From an uncultured Verrucomicrobiae bacterium (GTDB lineage: Bacteria; Verrucomicrobiota; Verrucomicrobiia; Chthoniobacterales; Chthoniobacteraceae): a stretch of 64,000 nucleotides of DNA. The stretch's first letter is position 1. The number at the start of each line of letters is the position of its first letter. Of this stretch, positions 48,992 to 59,458 are shown piece after piece. The DNA lies in NCBI GenBank assembly GCA_963828525.1, contig CAWHEP010000010.1, positions 288,001 through 352,000 of the forward strand, in the 5' to 3' direction. The translations under genes and the position numbers were made by a program. The notes beneath the pieces were generated by a model that was given only the letters and a program-made list of their open reading frames with translations, was not told where the DNA came from and searched no databases.

Positions 48992-50726
48992 ATGAAACTT
49001 TCGCTTTCCGCGTTCCGTTTCCGCACGTTGCGCGGCCGGTTGGTCTTCATATTTCTCTCGCTCCTCACGGTGCTGCAGGCGGTGACGTTCCTGTTGGTGC
49101 TCCAGGCAAACCGGCAGCACGCCCTCCGGCAGATCGACGCGGGCCTGGCGACAGGGGAGCGCGTTTTCTCCACGCTCAAAAACCGGCGTCTCGAAGAGTT
49201 GAACGAGCATGCGCGGCTGCTGGCTTTCGATTACGGATTCAAGCAGGCTTTTGGCGCCAGCGCGAACGATCCGCGAACGATGCGCCTCGCGATGCAGAAC
49301 TGGCGTGATCGCGTTCGCGCGAGTTTCTTCGTCCTCGTCTCGCTTGATCGGAAGGTTCTGTACGACAGCCAGGATATCAAGCGTGATGGCACGGTATTCG
49401 ATCTCCCCGCGCTCATCACGGCGGCGGAAGGATCAGAGGAGGGTGAAACGCGCGGACTGACTCTGCGCGATGGCAAGCTTTTCGCCGTTGTCGTCGTGCC
49501 CCTGCTTGCGCCCGACCCGGCCGCGTGGATCTGTCTCGGCTTTAGGATTGACGACGCGTTCGCGCGCGAATTAGGCGCGGTCACCAAGCAGGAAGTCTCC
49601 TTCCTCACTCGGAATGGTGGTTGGCGCGTGCTGGCGACAACTCTCGATCCTGCAGGAGAATCCGCGCTGACCCAGGCGATGCGGCGCGCCCTGCTTCCAC
49701 CCGGACGCACCAGCGTGGTGGATCTGGGTGGCGCGCGGTTCGTTTCGGTGCTGACTCCCGTGGATGTCGTCAACGGACAAGCCGCCGTCCTGCTCCAGCG
49801 TAATCTTGATACCGAGCTCGCGCCCTTCAAGTCTCTTGAGATCGTTCTTCTTGGTGTGGGCCTCGCCGGGTTGACTGTCTCCGCCGTCGCGGCTTTCGCG
49901 TTCGCCAGATCGGTGGCGAAGCCCGTCCTGCGTCTGGCGCAAGGCGCCCGCCGTGTCGAGAGGGGCGATTACTCCGTGCAACACGACAGAGAGGCAGAAC
50001 GGGCGGACGAGATCGGCCAGCTTGCCCAGTCTTTCCAAAGGATGACTGTCGGTCTGGCGGAACGGGACCGCGTCCGTGATCTTCTGGGCAAGGTTGCTTC
50101 GCCCGCGATTGCCGCCGAGCTTCTCCGCAGAGAGTCGGCTCTCGGCGGAGAGGAACGTTGCGTCACCGTTCTATTTTCCGACCTGCGCGACTTCAGCGCG
50201 ATCAGCGAACGGCTGCTGGCCAGCGAAGTCGTGGCGATGCTCAATGCGGTACTTCACGCGCATGAGCGAGATCGTGGACGCTCATGGAGGCGTAGTGGAT
50301 AAATACATCGGCGACGCGGTGATGGCGCTCTTTGGCGCGCCGTTGGAACAGCCGGATCACGCCGCGCGCGCCCTCATGGCGGCCCTCGATATGGGCGCGG
50401 CGCTTGATGTCCTGAATGCCGCGGGTTTTGCAAGCGAGGTGTTGCAGATGGGCATCGGGATCCACACGGATACCGTGATTGCCGGTAACATGGGCTCACC
50501 CGAGCGTCACAACTACACAGTCATAGGGGATGGCGTGAACATTGCCTCGCGGCTCCAGGCGCTGACGCGCCGCCCGGAATATGACACGCGCATCATCATC
50601 AGCGACGCGACGCTGCGCCAGGCCGGACTCGGTTTCAGTACTCGCTCGTTGGGCGAAGTTTTGGTCAAGGGCAAGGCGCAACCCGTGACAATCCACGCGC
50701 TGGTTGCGAAAACAGAGCCTGTATGA
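48992..50726 (+). CDS. Membrane-bound class III adenylate/guanylate cyclase with periplasmic sensor and HAMP domain; +1 frameshift near 50249
   Basis: Two TM helices, DEIGQLA (HAMP), VLFSDLRDFS, DKYIGDAVMA, YTVIGDGVNIASRL. Confidence 0.9.
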
Positions 50727-50781
50727 GGTGGCCGGGCAACAGGATGGAAAGCAGCTGACTTCGTTGGAATCGACGTTATTC

Positions 50782-51963
50782 TCATTTGAGTTTATGTAAT
50801 TCTGAAACTGCACGGAGAAGTCCCATGGCCTCTATGTCTTGACCGAGGCTGAAGCTGTCTTCGCCGGGATAAACGACAATACGGCGGGTTGCCTTCAGAT
50901 CGGCGCAACCTGTGTGGAATCCTCTGGAGACATTCGGCGTGGAACCTCGTTTTACTTCGATCGCCCAACATTCCTTGCCTCCCAACTTCAATACCAAGTC
51001 GATCTCGGCTCCAGCTGAGGTCCGATAAAAGCAGGATGAGGTTCCCACGGGGACCGCGGCGAGAAGGTTCTCGATGGCAAAGCCCTCCCAACTGCCCCCT
51101 GCCACCGGGTGGCCCAGGACATCATCTGCCGAACGCAAGCCCAGGAGAGCGTGGACGAGACCTGAATCGCGCACATAGACCTTGGGGCTGCGAATTTGCC
51201 GTTTCAGGCTATTGCCACTCCACGGTTGCAGGCGACGCGCCAGGAGCAGGTCAACGAGGAGGTCTAAATATCGCGTTATCGTCTGGCCGCTGATCCCAAG
51301 CGAACCCGCCAGGACCGAATGATTCAGGAGCGCGCCTTGCGCATTGGCCAACATCGTCCAGAAGCGACGCAGGGTTTCCGCCGGTAAACGCGGTCCGAGC
51401 GCGGGAATATCCCTCTCCAGATACGTTCTAATGAACGATAATCGCCATTGAAAGCTGACATCCTCGTCCGGGGCGAGGAAACTGTCGGGGAATCCGCCGC
51501 GAATCCAGAGCGGGTCCACCTTGCGGCCCACGGCGTGAACCTCTTCTGCAAGAAGCGGAGTCAATTCGAGCGAAGCCAGTCGTCCAGCGAGGCTCTCGGA
51601 CGATTGCTTGAGCAAATCGAGCGAGGCTGATCCCAGCAGGAGAAATTGCCCCGCGAGTTGTCCCTTTCTCTTTTGCGCGTCAATGACACTCCGCAGTATG
51701 GGGAATAGGTCAGGTCTTCGTTGGATTTCGTCCAAAATAACCAGGTGGCCCTGATGCCGCGAAAAATAATCTTCAGCGTCACTGAGTTTGGCGAGATCGG
51801 ATGGCAACTCCAGGTCGAGATAGGTGGCTTTTGGTTCATTCTCGATGAGCTGTAGGGCCAGCGTGGTTTTTCCAACTTGGCGGGGTCCAAGCAGGGCCAC
51901 CGCAGGGAAATGGATGAGTAAGTCGGCGAGCTTATGCCGTAGAAGTCGTGGAATCACAACCAT
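50782..51963 (-). CDS. AAA+ ATPase (AAA_14 + DUF4143)
   Basis: GPRQVGKTT, LDEIQ, LLGSAS, ESLAGR, RGGFP, SPKVYVRDSG, AEIDLV...IEVK. Confidence 0.92.
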   Translation of the reverse strand: MVVIPRLLRHKLADLLIHFPAVALLGPRQVGKTTLALQLIENEPKATYLDLELPSDLAKLSDAEDYFSRHQGHLVILDEIQRRPDLFPILRSVIDAQKRKGQLAGQFLLLGSASLDLLKQSSESLAGRLASLELTPLLAEEVHAVGRKVDPLWIRGGFPDSFLAPDEDVSFQWRLSFIRTYLERDIPALGPRLPAETLRRFWTMLANAQGALLNHSVLAGSLGISGQTITRYLDLLVDLLLARRLQPWSGNSLKRQIRSPKVYVRDSGLVHALLGLRSADDVLGHPVAGGSWEGFAIENLLAAVPVGTSSCFYRTSAGAEIDLVLKLGGKECWAIEVKRGSTPNVSRGFHTGCADLKATRRIVVYPGEDSFSLGQDIEAMGLLRAVSELHKLK

Positions 51964-51965
51964 GT

Positions 51966-51990
51966 AATTCTTCCATGTCGTGGAAGAATT
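51966..51990. promoter_or_regulatory. Operator-like inverted repeat abutting the ATPase start codon
   Basis: AATTCTTCCA-N5-TGGAAGAATT, 2 nt from the ATG and overlapping a minus-strand TTGCAA. Confidence 0.45.
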
Positions 51991-52175
51991 GCAAGTTTAA
52001 GTTAGTTTGGAACTAAGGGTGGCGCGCCCTTCGAATGGCAATTTCCGCTCCAGGATCAAAGCCGCGCGGCCAAAGCGCCGACGCAACCGCAAAGCTGCCG
52101 GGTGACATATTTTACTGTTAAGCTGCATCCGCGTTCAGCGGCGATTTCAAGCGGCTAAGGAACAAAGAGCGCGGG

Positions 52176-52404
52176 TTACCTTCCACTGAGGGCGGCGAAC
52201 TCTTCCACGGTGAGGCCGCTGGAACGGATCAAGCTCCGTAAAGTGCCTTTGGCGACTTCCCGATGATCGGGAACGGACAACGTTGCCATATTGCCCTTTT
52301 TGATGAGGATCATGTGGCTGCCGCGCTGCCGCACATTTTGCCAGCCGTCCTTGGGCGAATGACTTGACGACATCGCGTCCGCTGAGTGTCGGCAGCGAGG
52401 CCAA
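52176..52404 (-). CDS. hicA: HicA-family toxin; +1 frameshift near 52354
   Basis: Corrected sequence reads MASLPTLSGRDVVKSFAKDGWQNVRQRGSHMIL...VPDHREVAKGTLRSLIR. Confidence 0.88.
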
Positions 52405-52405
52405 T

Positions 52406-52612
52406 TCAGACAGCCACCTCGACCTGCTGCGTTTCGATGGTAAGCGGCAAGCCGAGTTCGGCCCGGACTTCCAAACAGGCGGCGATGGCCTCACAAATGT
52501 TGATGAGAGCTTCCTCGCGAGTCGCGCCTTGGCTGACGCAGCCCGGGATAGAAGGACATTCGGCAATCCAAACGCCGTCTTCATCTCGCTCAAGTGTGGT
52601 CACGAACTTCAT
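52406..52612 (-). CDS. hicB: HicB-family antitoxin (short, no DNA-binding domain)
   Basis: DEDGVWIAECPSIPGCVSQGATREEAL. Confidence 0.92.
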   Translation of the reverse strand: MKFVTTLERDEDGVWIAECPSIPGCVSQGATREEALINICEAIAACLEVRAELGLPLTIETQQVEVAV

Positions 52613-52670
52613 GCGCTTTACTTTACCGCGTTTCTCCTTTTAGGAAAGCGCCCCATTTTGTCGCCACGCC

Positions 52671-52845
52671 TTATTTCGGATCGTGCCGTTGGTCGCCTTT
52701 GCCCTCCTCAGCATCTAACATCGCAAACACCTCTGCTGAGGCGTTATTGGTCGCTTGGTATTCCTCAAGCCAAGCGGCTACCTCCCGCGCCTGCTAGAAT
52801 GGGCAAGTGCTCGATGGCGGACTCAATTTCGGCGACCGTGGTCAT
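52671..52845 (-). CDS. Small acidic antitoxin-like protein absent from the ORF track; one extra base near 52795
   Basis: 175 nt, i.e. 58 codons plus one base. Reads MTTVAEIESAIEHLPI / QAREVAAWLEEYQATNNASAEVFAMLDAEEGKGDQRHDPK*. Confidence 0.55.
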
Positions 52846-52979
52846 GGCTTAACCTTATCGGTTTCTCGTTTTTCCAGCAAGTCCGCTTCCTTCAGTTTAA
52901 AAAGTGATTCAGGGCGGGCTCCTTTCCGCGTCGCTCATTTTGCTCGCTTCGTATGCGGCCCCGTGTAGGATCGGCGCAT

Positions 52980-53552
52980 ATGGCTTCCAAAATTACATCC
53001 CTCCACAAAGTTTTCGTCGATGAGTTGAAAGATCTCTACAGCGCGGAAACTTTGATCGCCAAGGCTCTGCCCAAGATGGCCAAGGCGGCAACGTCACCCG
53101 ATCTGAAAAACGGATTCAAGCTGCATCTGGAGCAAACGAAGGAGCATGCCGCTCGCATCAAGAGCATCTGCGCGGAGCTAAACGAGAAGCCGACGGGCAA
53201 AGTGTGCCAAGCCACGGTTGGGCTGGTTGCCGAAGGCCAGGAGGCAATCGACGAAGACGCGTTGCCGGAGATGAAGGACTTGATGCTGATCGCAGCCGCG
53301 CGGCGGGTCGAACATTACGAGATGTCGGGATACATCTCGGCTTGCGCGTTGGCGAAAGCGTTGGGATTGACCGAAGCTTTCAAGACGCTTTCGACTACGT
53401 TGTCCGAGGAAAAAGCCACGGATGCGACGCTTGCCAAAGCGTCCGGTCCGGCGGTTTCCAGCGCTAAAGCGGCCGAGAAAGCCGCGGCTGGGGATGGCAG
53501 CGTCAAAACCGCCGCCAAGACAATCGGCAAAATCATCAAGAAGCTGGCGTAG
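52980..53552 (+). CDS. Ferritin-like DUF892/YciF stress protein
   Basis: DELKDLYSAE, ALPKM, HLEQTKEH, RVEHYEMSGY, EEKATD. Confidence 0.92.
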   Translation: MASKITSLHKVFVDELKDLYSAETLIAKALPKMAKAATSPDLKNGFKLHLEQTKEHAARIKSICAELNEKPTGKVCQATVGLVAEGQEAIDEDALPEMKDLMLIAAARRVEHYEMSGYISACALAKALGLTEAFKTLSTTLSEEKATDATLAKASGPAVSSAKAAEKAAAGDGSVKTAAKTIGKIIKKLA

Positions 53553-53651
53553 CGTAACGAAGCTCAACACGCGAAATTCGGAGGGGGCCGAAAAGGTTCT
53601 ATCGCGGGCGCGCGTGATGATCCTGGCGATCTTCCGGCGCCGGACGGAGAA

Positions 53652-54668
53652 TCAGCGCTGGTACAAGGGGATGTAATGGTAAGGCATGGCAAGGATGCCC
53701 GCGTGAACTGCGGTGCAGTACACCGCGCCGACGTCGCCGTTGCCCTTGGGTTCCCAGTGGCATAGCCCAGTAAGCGGGTCGCGCCTTACGGATGCCATGA
53801 GCGCGTCGCGAGCTTGTGAATACCATTGATGCCACGCTTCTCCCCCGATCATGGACTCGGCGGGAGCGGCGTAGTAGCTCCCGTAAGTCCAGTAGCTTTT
53901 ATCGGCGCTATTGAGGATGTAGGCGGAGCCGGCTTTCACCATTGGATCGTCATAGAGGCCGCATACCTGAAGAGAGTAAATGGCGGCGGCGGTGCGAGCG
54001 TAACCCGGCTTTTGATGCGGCATGTAGCTGAACCCGCCGGTGGACGGGTCGCAACAACTGCGGACGAAGTCGACCGCGCGGTCAATGGTCGCCCGCGGAA
54101 CATCGATGCCAGCGTTTTTGGCGGCGCGGAGGGCAACCACCTGGAGGACGGTGACGGAGATGTCGGCATCCCGCGGGAAAGGTTGGTAACGCCAGCCGCC
54201 TTTGACGTTCTGTGTGTCGATGATGACCTGGATGAGGCGCTTGAGAGCGGGGCGGATCGCGGCGGAGCGCGATTGTCCATAAGCCTCGGCAAGCGCGATC
54301 GTAGCAATGCCGTGGTTATACATATACTTGCCGCCTTCCACGCTCCGGAAGAGGCCGTCGGGCTGGATCGAGTCGAGGAGAAAATGGATGCCAGCGGAGA
54401 CATTCGGGGCGTACTGGCCCTCATCGGGAAGCTGGCCGTCCGCCATATATGCCAGGAGGGTGTAACCTGTTATGGCCACGGAGTTCTGAGGGTTCTGCGG
54501 GGGGCCGGTGAACCATGCGCCGTTGACACCCTGCATCGAGGCGAGCCATTTCAGGCTGCCATCGATGACGGAGGCGGTTTGTGGATCGACTACAACGTCG
54601 GGGGGCTCGGCTTGGACCGCGGACAGAGCCAGAGCTGTGAGGAAGAGGAGGGAGCGGACTGCGCGCAT
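53652..54668 (-). CDS. Exported prenyltransferase/squalene-oxidase-repeat protein
   Basis: Signal peptide; [41 protein letters not shown]-like end. Confidence 0.85.
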   Translation of the reverse strand: MRAVRSLLFLTALALSAVQAEPPDVVVDPQTASVIDGSLKWLASMQGVNGAWFTGPPQNPQNSVAITGYTLLAYMADGQLPDEGQYAPNVSAGIHFLLDSIQPDGLFRSVEGGKYMYNHGIATIALAEAYGQSRSAAIRPALKRLIQVIIDTQNVKGGWRYQPFPRDADISVTVLQVVALRAAKNAGIDVPRATIDRAVDFVRSCCDPSTGGFSYMPHQKPGYARTAAAIYSLQVCGLYDDPMVKAGSAYILNSADKSYWTYGSYYAAPAESMIGGEAWHQWYSQARDALMASVRRDPLTGLCHWEPKGNGDVGAVYCTAVHAGILAMPYHYIPLYQR

Positions 54669-54705
54669 TTTGCGGAAGGAGGAAGGAGCGCGAAGCCAAC
54701 CGTTG

Positions 54706-57259
54706 TCAAAACAGGGACAACTGCGGACGGCCTTTCCATTCTTTCCGGCGACGTGGTTTTTTCCGCGGAATGGGCGCTTCGGCGATGACGGTTTGCCGTC
54801 GGCGTTGAGCTCGGATTGTTCGAGGTTACCGAGGATTTCCTTGGCGCGCTTGATGATTTCCGGAGGGAGGCCGGCGAGACGCGCGACCTGGATGCCGTAG
54901 CTTTTGTCGGCTCCGCCACGGATGATCTTGCGGAGGAAGATGATCTGCTCGTTCCATTCACGGACGGCGACGTTGTAAGTTTTTGACGCCGCCGCGGGTC
55001 ATTTCGAGTTCGGTGAGCTCGTGGTAGTGGGTGGCGAAAAGGGTCCTCGCCTTGATGGTATCGTGCAGAAACTCGGCAACGCTCCATGCGATGGAGAGGC
55101 CATCGAAGGTGGAAGTGCCGCGACCAATTTCATCGAGAATGATGAGGCTCTTCTCGGTCGCATTGTTGGTGATGTTGGCGGTCTCGTTCATTTCGACCAT
55201 GAACGTGGACTGGCCGCGGGAGATATCGTCATTCGCGCCGACGCGGGTGAAAATGCGATCCACGATGCCGATTTCGGCTTCTTTGGCAGGGATATAACTG
55301 CCGATCTGCGCCATGAGGACGAGCAGCGCGACCTGGCGTATATAGGTGGATTTGCCCGCCATATTCGGGCCGGTGATGACGAGGAGGCGATTCTCTTTCG
55401 AATCGAGTTCCACATCATTTGGGACAAACTTCTCCTCCGCCAGGCTTTGATCGAGGACCGGATGACGGCCATCGCAAATCCTGACGCGCGGAGAATCCGA
55501 TAGAGCAGGGCGGCAGTAACCGTACAGGCGGGCGACCTCGGCGAGAGAGGCAAGGGTGTCGAGACTGGCAATGGCGGAGGCAGTCTGCTGGAGAGCGTCA
55601 AGTTCTTTTAGAACGAGGTCGCGCGTTTCCACGAACAGCTCTGACTCCAGGCCGCGGGCGCGTTCATCCGCGCCGAGGATGCGGCCCTCCATCTCCTTCA
55701 ATTCCGGGAGTCGCGAAACGCTCGCCGTTTACCGTGGTCTGCTTGCGGATGTAGGTGGCGGGGACGTTCGAAAGATTGCTTTTGGTGATCTCGATGAAAT
55801 AGCCAAAGACGGAGGTGTATCTCACCTTCAGCGATTTGATGCCGGTGGCTTCGATTTCGCGCTGCTGCAACCTGGCGATCCAGTCTTTGCCATCGCGGCA
55901 GGCGGAACGAAGCTCATCGAGATCCGCGTTATAGCCATCGCGGAAAAGACCTCCATCGCGGGTGAGAACGGGCGGCTCATCGACAATGGCGGAGGATAGC
56001 AGGGAGACGAGCGGGGAAAGGTCGCGCATCTGGGCGCTCAAAGTCCCAGCGAGTGAAGTCGCCGAGAGCTGTTCTCGGTTAGGAGGAGGGTCGGTGTCCT
56101 GTGGAGACAGGCCGTTGGCTGAAAAGGGCGCGCCGAGAGCGGCCAGCGCGGTTTTGATTTCCGGGATCTGCCGCAACGACTGTCGCAACGCGACCAGGTC
56201 GCGGGCGTTTCCTCCGCCCTGGCTGAGGCGGCCCACGGTGCGCTCGATATCTCGCACGGCGCTCAGCGTTTCGCGCAACTGACCTAGAACAAAAGGGTCG
56301 TGGAGGCAATCACCGATGAAGCTTTGCCGAGCCTTGAGCGCCTCGACGTCCTGGAGGGGATGAAGGATCCAGTCGCGGAGCTTGCGACCTCCCATGGGGG
56401 TGATTGTCTTATCCAGCGCGCCGAGGAGGCTGCAGTCGCGAGACCCCCTGGAGGTGACGAGCTCCAGGTTGGCCTGCGTGGCGGCATCCATCACCAGGAA
56501 GGCGGAGTTCTTGTAGCAGGAGAGGCGGGTGATGTGCCGCGTATCGCGACGCAATTGATTCTTAACGTAGTGCAGAATGGCGCCCGCGGCGCAGATCGCC
56601 CGTTCCATGTGCGCGCATCCAAACCCGTCGAGAGACTGGACGGCGAAATGATCACGGAGGACAAAAGCGGCCTGTTCGAGAAGGAAAGTATAACCGTCGC
56701 AACCGCAGACGCCGGGTAGACGGGCGAAGGTTTCCTCCTGCTCCTCGGGCACCAGCACTTCGGAAGGAAGCACGCGAGCAAGTTCATCTTCCAGTTCGGC
56801 TTCGGAGGCGAGTTCGGTAAGGCGAAAGTCACCCGTGCTGAGATCCATGTACGCAAAGCCGTAAATGGAATCGGCCAGGTAGATGGCGGCGAGGAAGTTA
56901 TTCCGCTTTGATTCCAGGATGTTCACGTCGCTGACGGTGCCTGGGCTGATGACCTGGGTGAGCTGGCGCTCGACGAGCTTGCCGGGCTGCGCTTCGCCCA
57001 CCTGGTCGCAGATCGCGACGCGCTTGCCGGCGCGAATGAGTTTCGCGATGTAGCCTTCGGCGGCATGGTACGGCACGCCGCACATGGGAGTGAGATGACG
57101 CTTCGTCAGCGCGACATTCAGAATGGCCGAAGCCTCCTTCGCATCCTCAAAGAACATCTCGTAGAAATCGCCAAGGCGGAAGAGCAGCAGGGTATCCTTT
57201 GGCAGACTCCGCCTGATGCTCTGGTATTGCCGCATCATCGGGGTCAAGGAATCTGACAT
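54706..57259 (-). CDS. mutS: DNA mismatch repair protein MutS; three apparent frameshifts (about 55707, 54978 and 54790)
   Basis: [48 protein letters not shown] and [12 protein letters not shown] clamp-binding QLSLF* ends at 54706 in a shifted frame. Confidence 0.95.
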
Positions 57260-57296
57260 GGCGAAAAGCGGGCGGCAGAGAACGGCGATGCCCGTG

Positions 57297-58238
57297 TCAG
57301 AGCTGAGAAGCGTGTCGAGCGGCGGGTTCCTCGGCAAAGCGGGAGTCACGGATGCCAAGGCTGGCGAAGATTTGGCGCGTAGCGTCTGAGCGATTCAGTG
57401 TGTAAAAGTGAATGCCGCTTACCTGATTTTCGAGGAGGTCATGGCATTGCTCGGAAGCGTAGTGGATGCCAACGCGCGAGACCATTTCGGGATCTTCCTG
57501 GCAGCGTTGGAGGGAACGGAGGAGCCTTGCGGGGAATCGGGCGCCGCCCGCGAGGTCAGCCATGCGCCTGAGGCCGGAGACCGATGTGATGGGCATGATC
57601 CCGGCAATGATCGGGATATGGATGCCGGCGAGCGCGCAGCGATCCCGAAAATCGAGGAAGTCACGGTTATCAAAAAACAACTGGGTCACGATGTAATCCG
57701 CGCCCGCGTCCACTTTCTGTTTGAGGTAATCCATCTCCAGAAGGCGGTTCGGAGTGGCGGGATGGCCTTCCGGGAAGCCTGCCACGCCGATGCCAAATCC
57801 GCGCGGATCGGGATGCTCCCCGGAGTCGTTGAATTTCTTGATAAACTTTACGAGATCGGCGGCGCGCTGGAAGCGGTCTTCCTGTTTGCTGTAGGGGATG
57901 CCGCGAGGAGCGTCGCCGCCCAAGGCGAGGATATTGCCAACAGAACTCAGCGCGTAGCGGCGGAGGATTGCCTCGATCTCCGCTTCTGAGTGGCAGACGC
58001 AGGTAAGGTGGGGAATTGCGTTAAGAGGCGTGTGAGCCTGGATACGGGTAACCAGTTCGTGAGTAAGTTCGCGTGTGGAGCCGCCCGCCCCGTATGTGAC
58101 GCTGACGAAATGGGGAAGGTAGGGTTCGAGGTCCCGAATGGTCTTGTATAGGCTCTCAGCGGACTCCGGAGTCTTCGGCGGGAAGAACTCGAAAGAAAAG
58201 GTGGTGGGATGATTCCGGAAGATGTCCTGGATGTGCAT
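57297..58238 (-). CDS. metF: 5,10-methylenetetrahydrofolate reductase
   Basis: SFEFFPPK, SVTYGAGG, HLTC, TQLFFD, IHFYTLN. Confidence 0.97.
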   Translation of the reverse strand: MHIQDIFRNHPTTFSFEFFPPKTPESAESLYKTIRDLEPYLPHFVSVTYGAGGSTRELTHELVTRIQAHTPLNAIPHLTCVCHSEAEIEAILRRYALSSVGNILALGGDAPRGIPYSKQEDRFQRAADLVKFIKKFNDSGEHPDPRGFGIGVAGFPEGHPATPNRLLEMDYLKQKVDAGADYIVTQLFFDNRDFLDFRDRCALAGIHIPIIAGIMPITSVSGLRRMADLAGGARFPARLLRSLQRCQEDPEMVSRVGIHYASEQCHDLLENQVSGIHFYTLNRSDATRQIFASLGIRDSRFAEEPAARHASQL

Positions 58239-58430
58239 AGAAAAGGCGGAACCGCCTTGGAGCCAGCCGCTAGTATGACTTGATTTGAAATAGATTCAAT
58301 TCTGTTGAAGAGGCGTCTCCCGGTCGAATTAATAGGCGCCGGGGAAACAGCATAGCGTCAGCAATTTTACCGCGGCGAGTGCGAGGAGCGCATCTTACCG
58401 ATAAATGTTTCTGAAGCGGATAGAATAGCG

Positions 58431-58459
58431 TTGACACCTTAGACGGTCTTGTGAAGTCT
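58431..58459 (+). promoter_or_regulatory. Possible sigma70 promoter for the barrel/FecR operon
   Basis: TTGACA, 17 nt, then a weak -10 (AAGTCT) 8 nt before the GTG. Confidence 0.3.
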
Positions 58460-58467
58460 CGCACCCC

Positions 58468-59424
58468 GTGAGATTTACCCCTTTCCGATTTGTCGTCGCG
58501 GCCACGCTCGCGTCCACCGCATTGCACCTCTCCAGCCAGCGGGTATTCGCGCAGGCGGATCAATCGCGGATCGAGCAATCGCAGCGGTTTCGAACCAGTG
58601 TGCAGCCTTCGGACGAAGCGCACAACCAGAGCGAGATCGTGGGAGAACCGGCGCCGGATAGCCCCGGCGACAACGATCTCGGCGAGCAAGTGATTTTGAA
58701 GCGGCAGGAAAAGCCGAATCCGTTTACCGTGTTTGGAGAAGTTTCCGGGTTCGACACGACAAACGCCGCGCTGACAAAGCATAACGAGAAGAACGACGGC
58801 TTTTTGTTCTCGCAGGTCGGGTTCAGCTACCAGCCCCGGATTAATCGGGATTTGTCGGCAGACTTTACGATCCGCCAGGCAGTTTTCAGGTATGCGACAT
58901 TCAGCCAGCTCGACTTCGAGAGTCTGAATATCGGGACAGGCCTGACGTATGTGGACGAGTCGTTGTGGAATGTGGCGTTCTCGGCGCGTTACAACTTCAA
59001 CCTGCTGACGGACGCGGTGAGCTATAAGGACTTCTTCGAAGATCACACGCTTACGCTAGGGGCGCTGAAGACGTTCAGCCTGAGCAAGGCGCACTTCCTT
59101 TACGCTGGTTTCTCGGGCGTGCTCGGCTGGAGCATTCCTTCGGCGTCGGAACGGGATGAGGTGGGGCCGTACTTTGGGTATCATTCCGCGCTCACCCGCA
59201 ACCTGACGCTGGACCTGTTCTACCGGATCGCGTGGTTTCACTATAACTTCGGAAACCGCGAAGATTTGAACCAGACGCTGGCGGCAGCGCTGCAATATAA
59301 CTTCACACCGTGGTTGAGCATTAACGCTTCGTTGAGCTCCGGGTTCAACAATTCCAACCATTCCCAGCTTGATTACACGACCCTGAACTCCGGTGGCGGC
59401 CTTTCCGTCAGCTACAAGTTTTAA
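58468..59424 (+). CDS. Outer-membrane beta-barrel protein
   Basis: Signal peptide, polar N-terminal extension, many aromatic alternating strands and C-terminal LSVSYKF (BAM-type signal). Confidence 0.82.
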   Translation: MRFTPFRFVVAATLASTALHLSSQRVFAQADQSRIEQSQRFRTSVQPSDEAHNQSEIVGEPAPDSPGDNDLGEQVILKRQEKPNPFTVFGEVSGFDTTNAALTKHNEKNDGFLFSQVGFSYQPRINRDLSADFTIRQAVFRYATFSQLDFESLNIGTGLTYVDESLWNVAFSARYNFNLLTDAVSYKDFFEDHTLTLGALKTFSLSKAHFLYAGFSGVLGWSIPSASERDEVGPYFGYHSALTRNLTLDLFYRIAWFHYNFGNREDLNQTLAAALQYNFTPWLSINASLSSGFNNSNHSQLDYTTLNSGGGLSVSYKF

Positions 59425-59458
59425 CATACCCCGACCTATGGCATACCCCACCGTATTC

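Noticed and set aside
53652..54980. Apparent in-frame fusion of the MutS C-terminus to the prenyltransferase-repeat protein
   Set aside because: A typical QLSLF* MutS end exists in another frame and the downstream gene has its own signal peptide; best explained by a single-base deletion.
58302..58311. CTGTTGAAGA match to the MITE terminal repeat
   Set aside because: Only 10 nt, with no CTAG and no partner end; compatible with chance.
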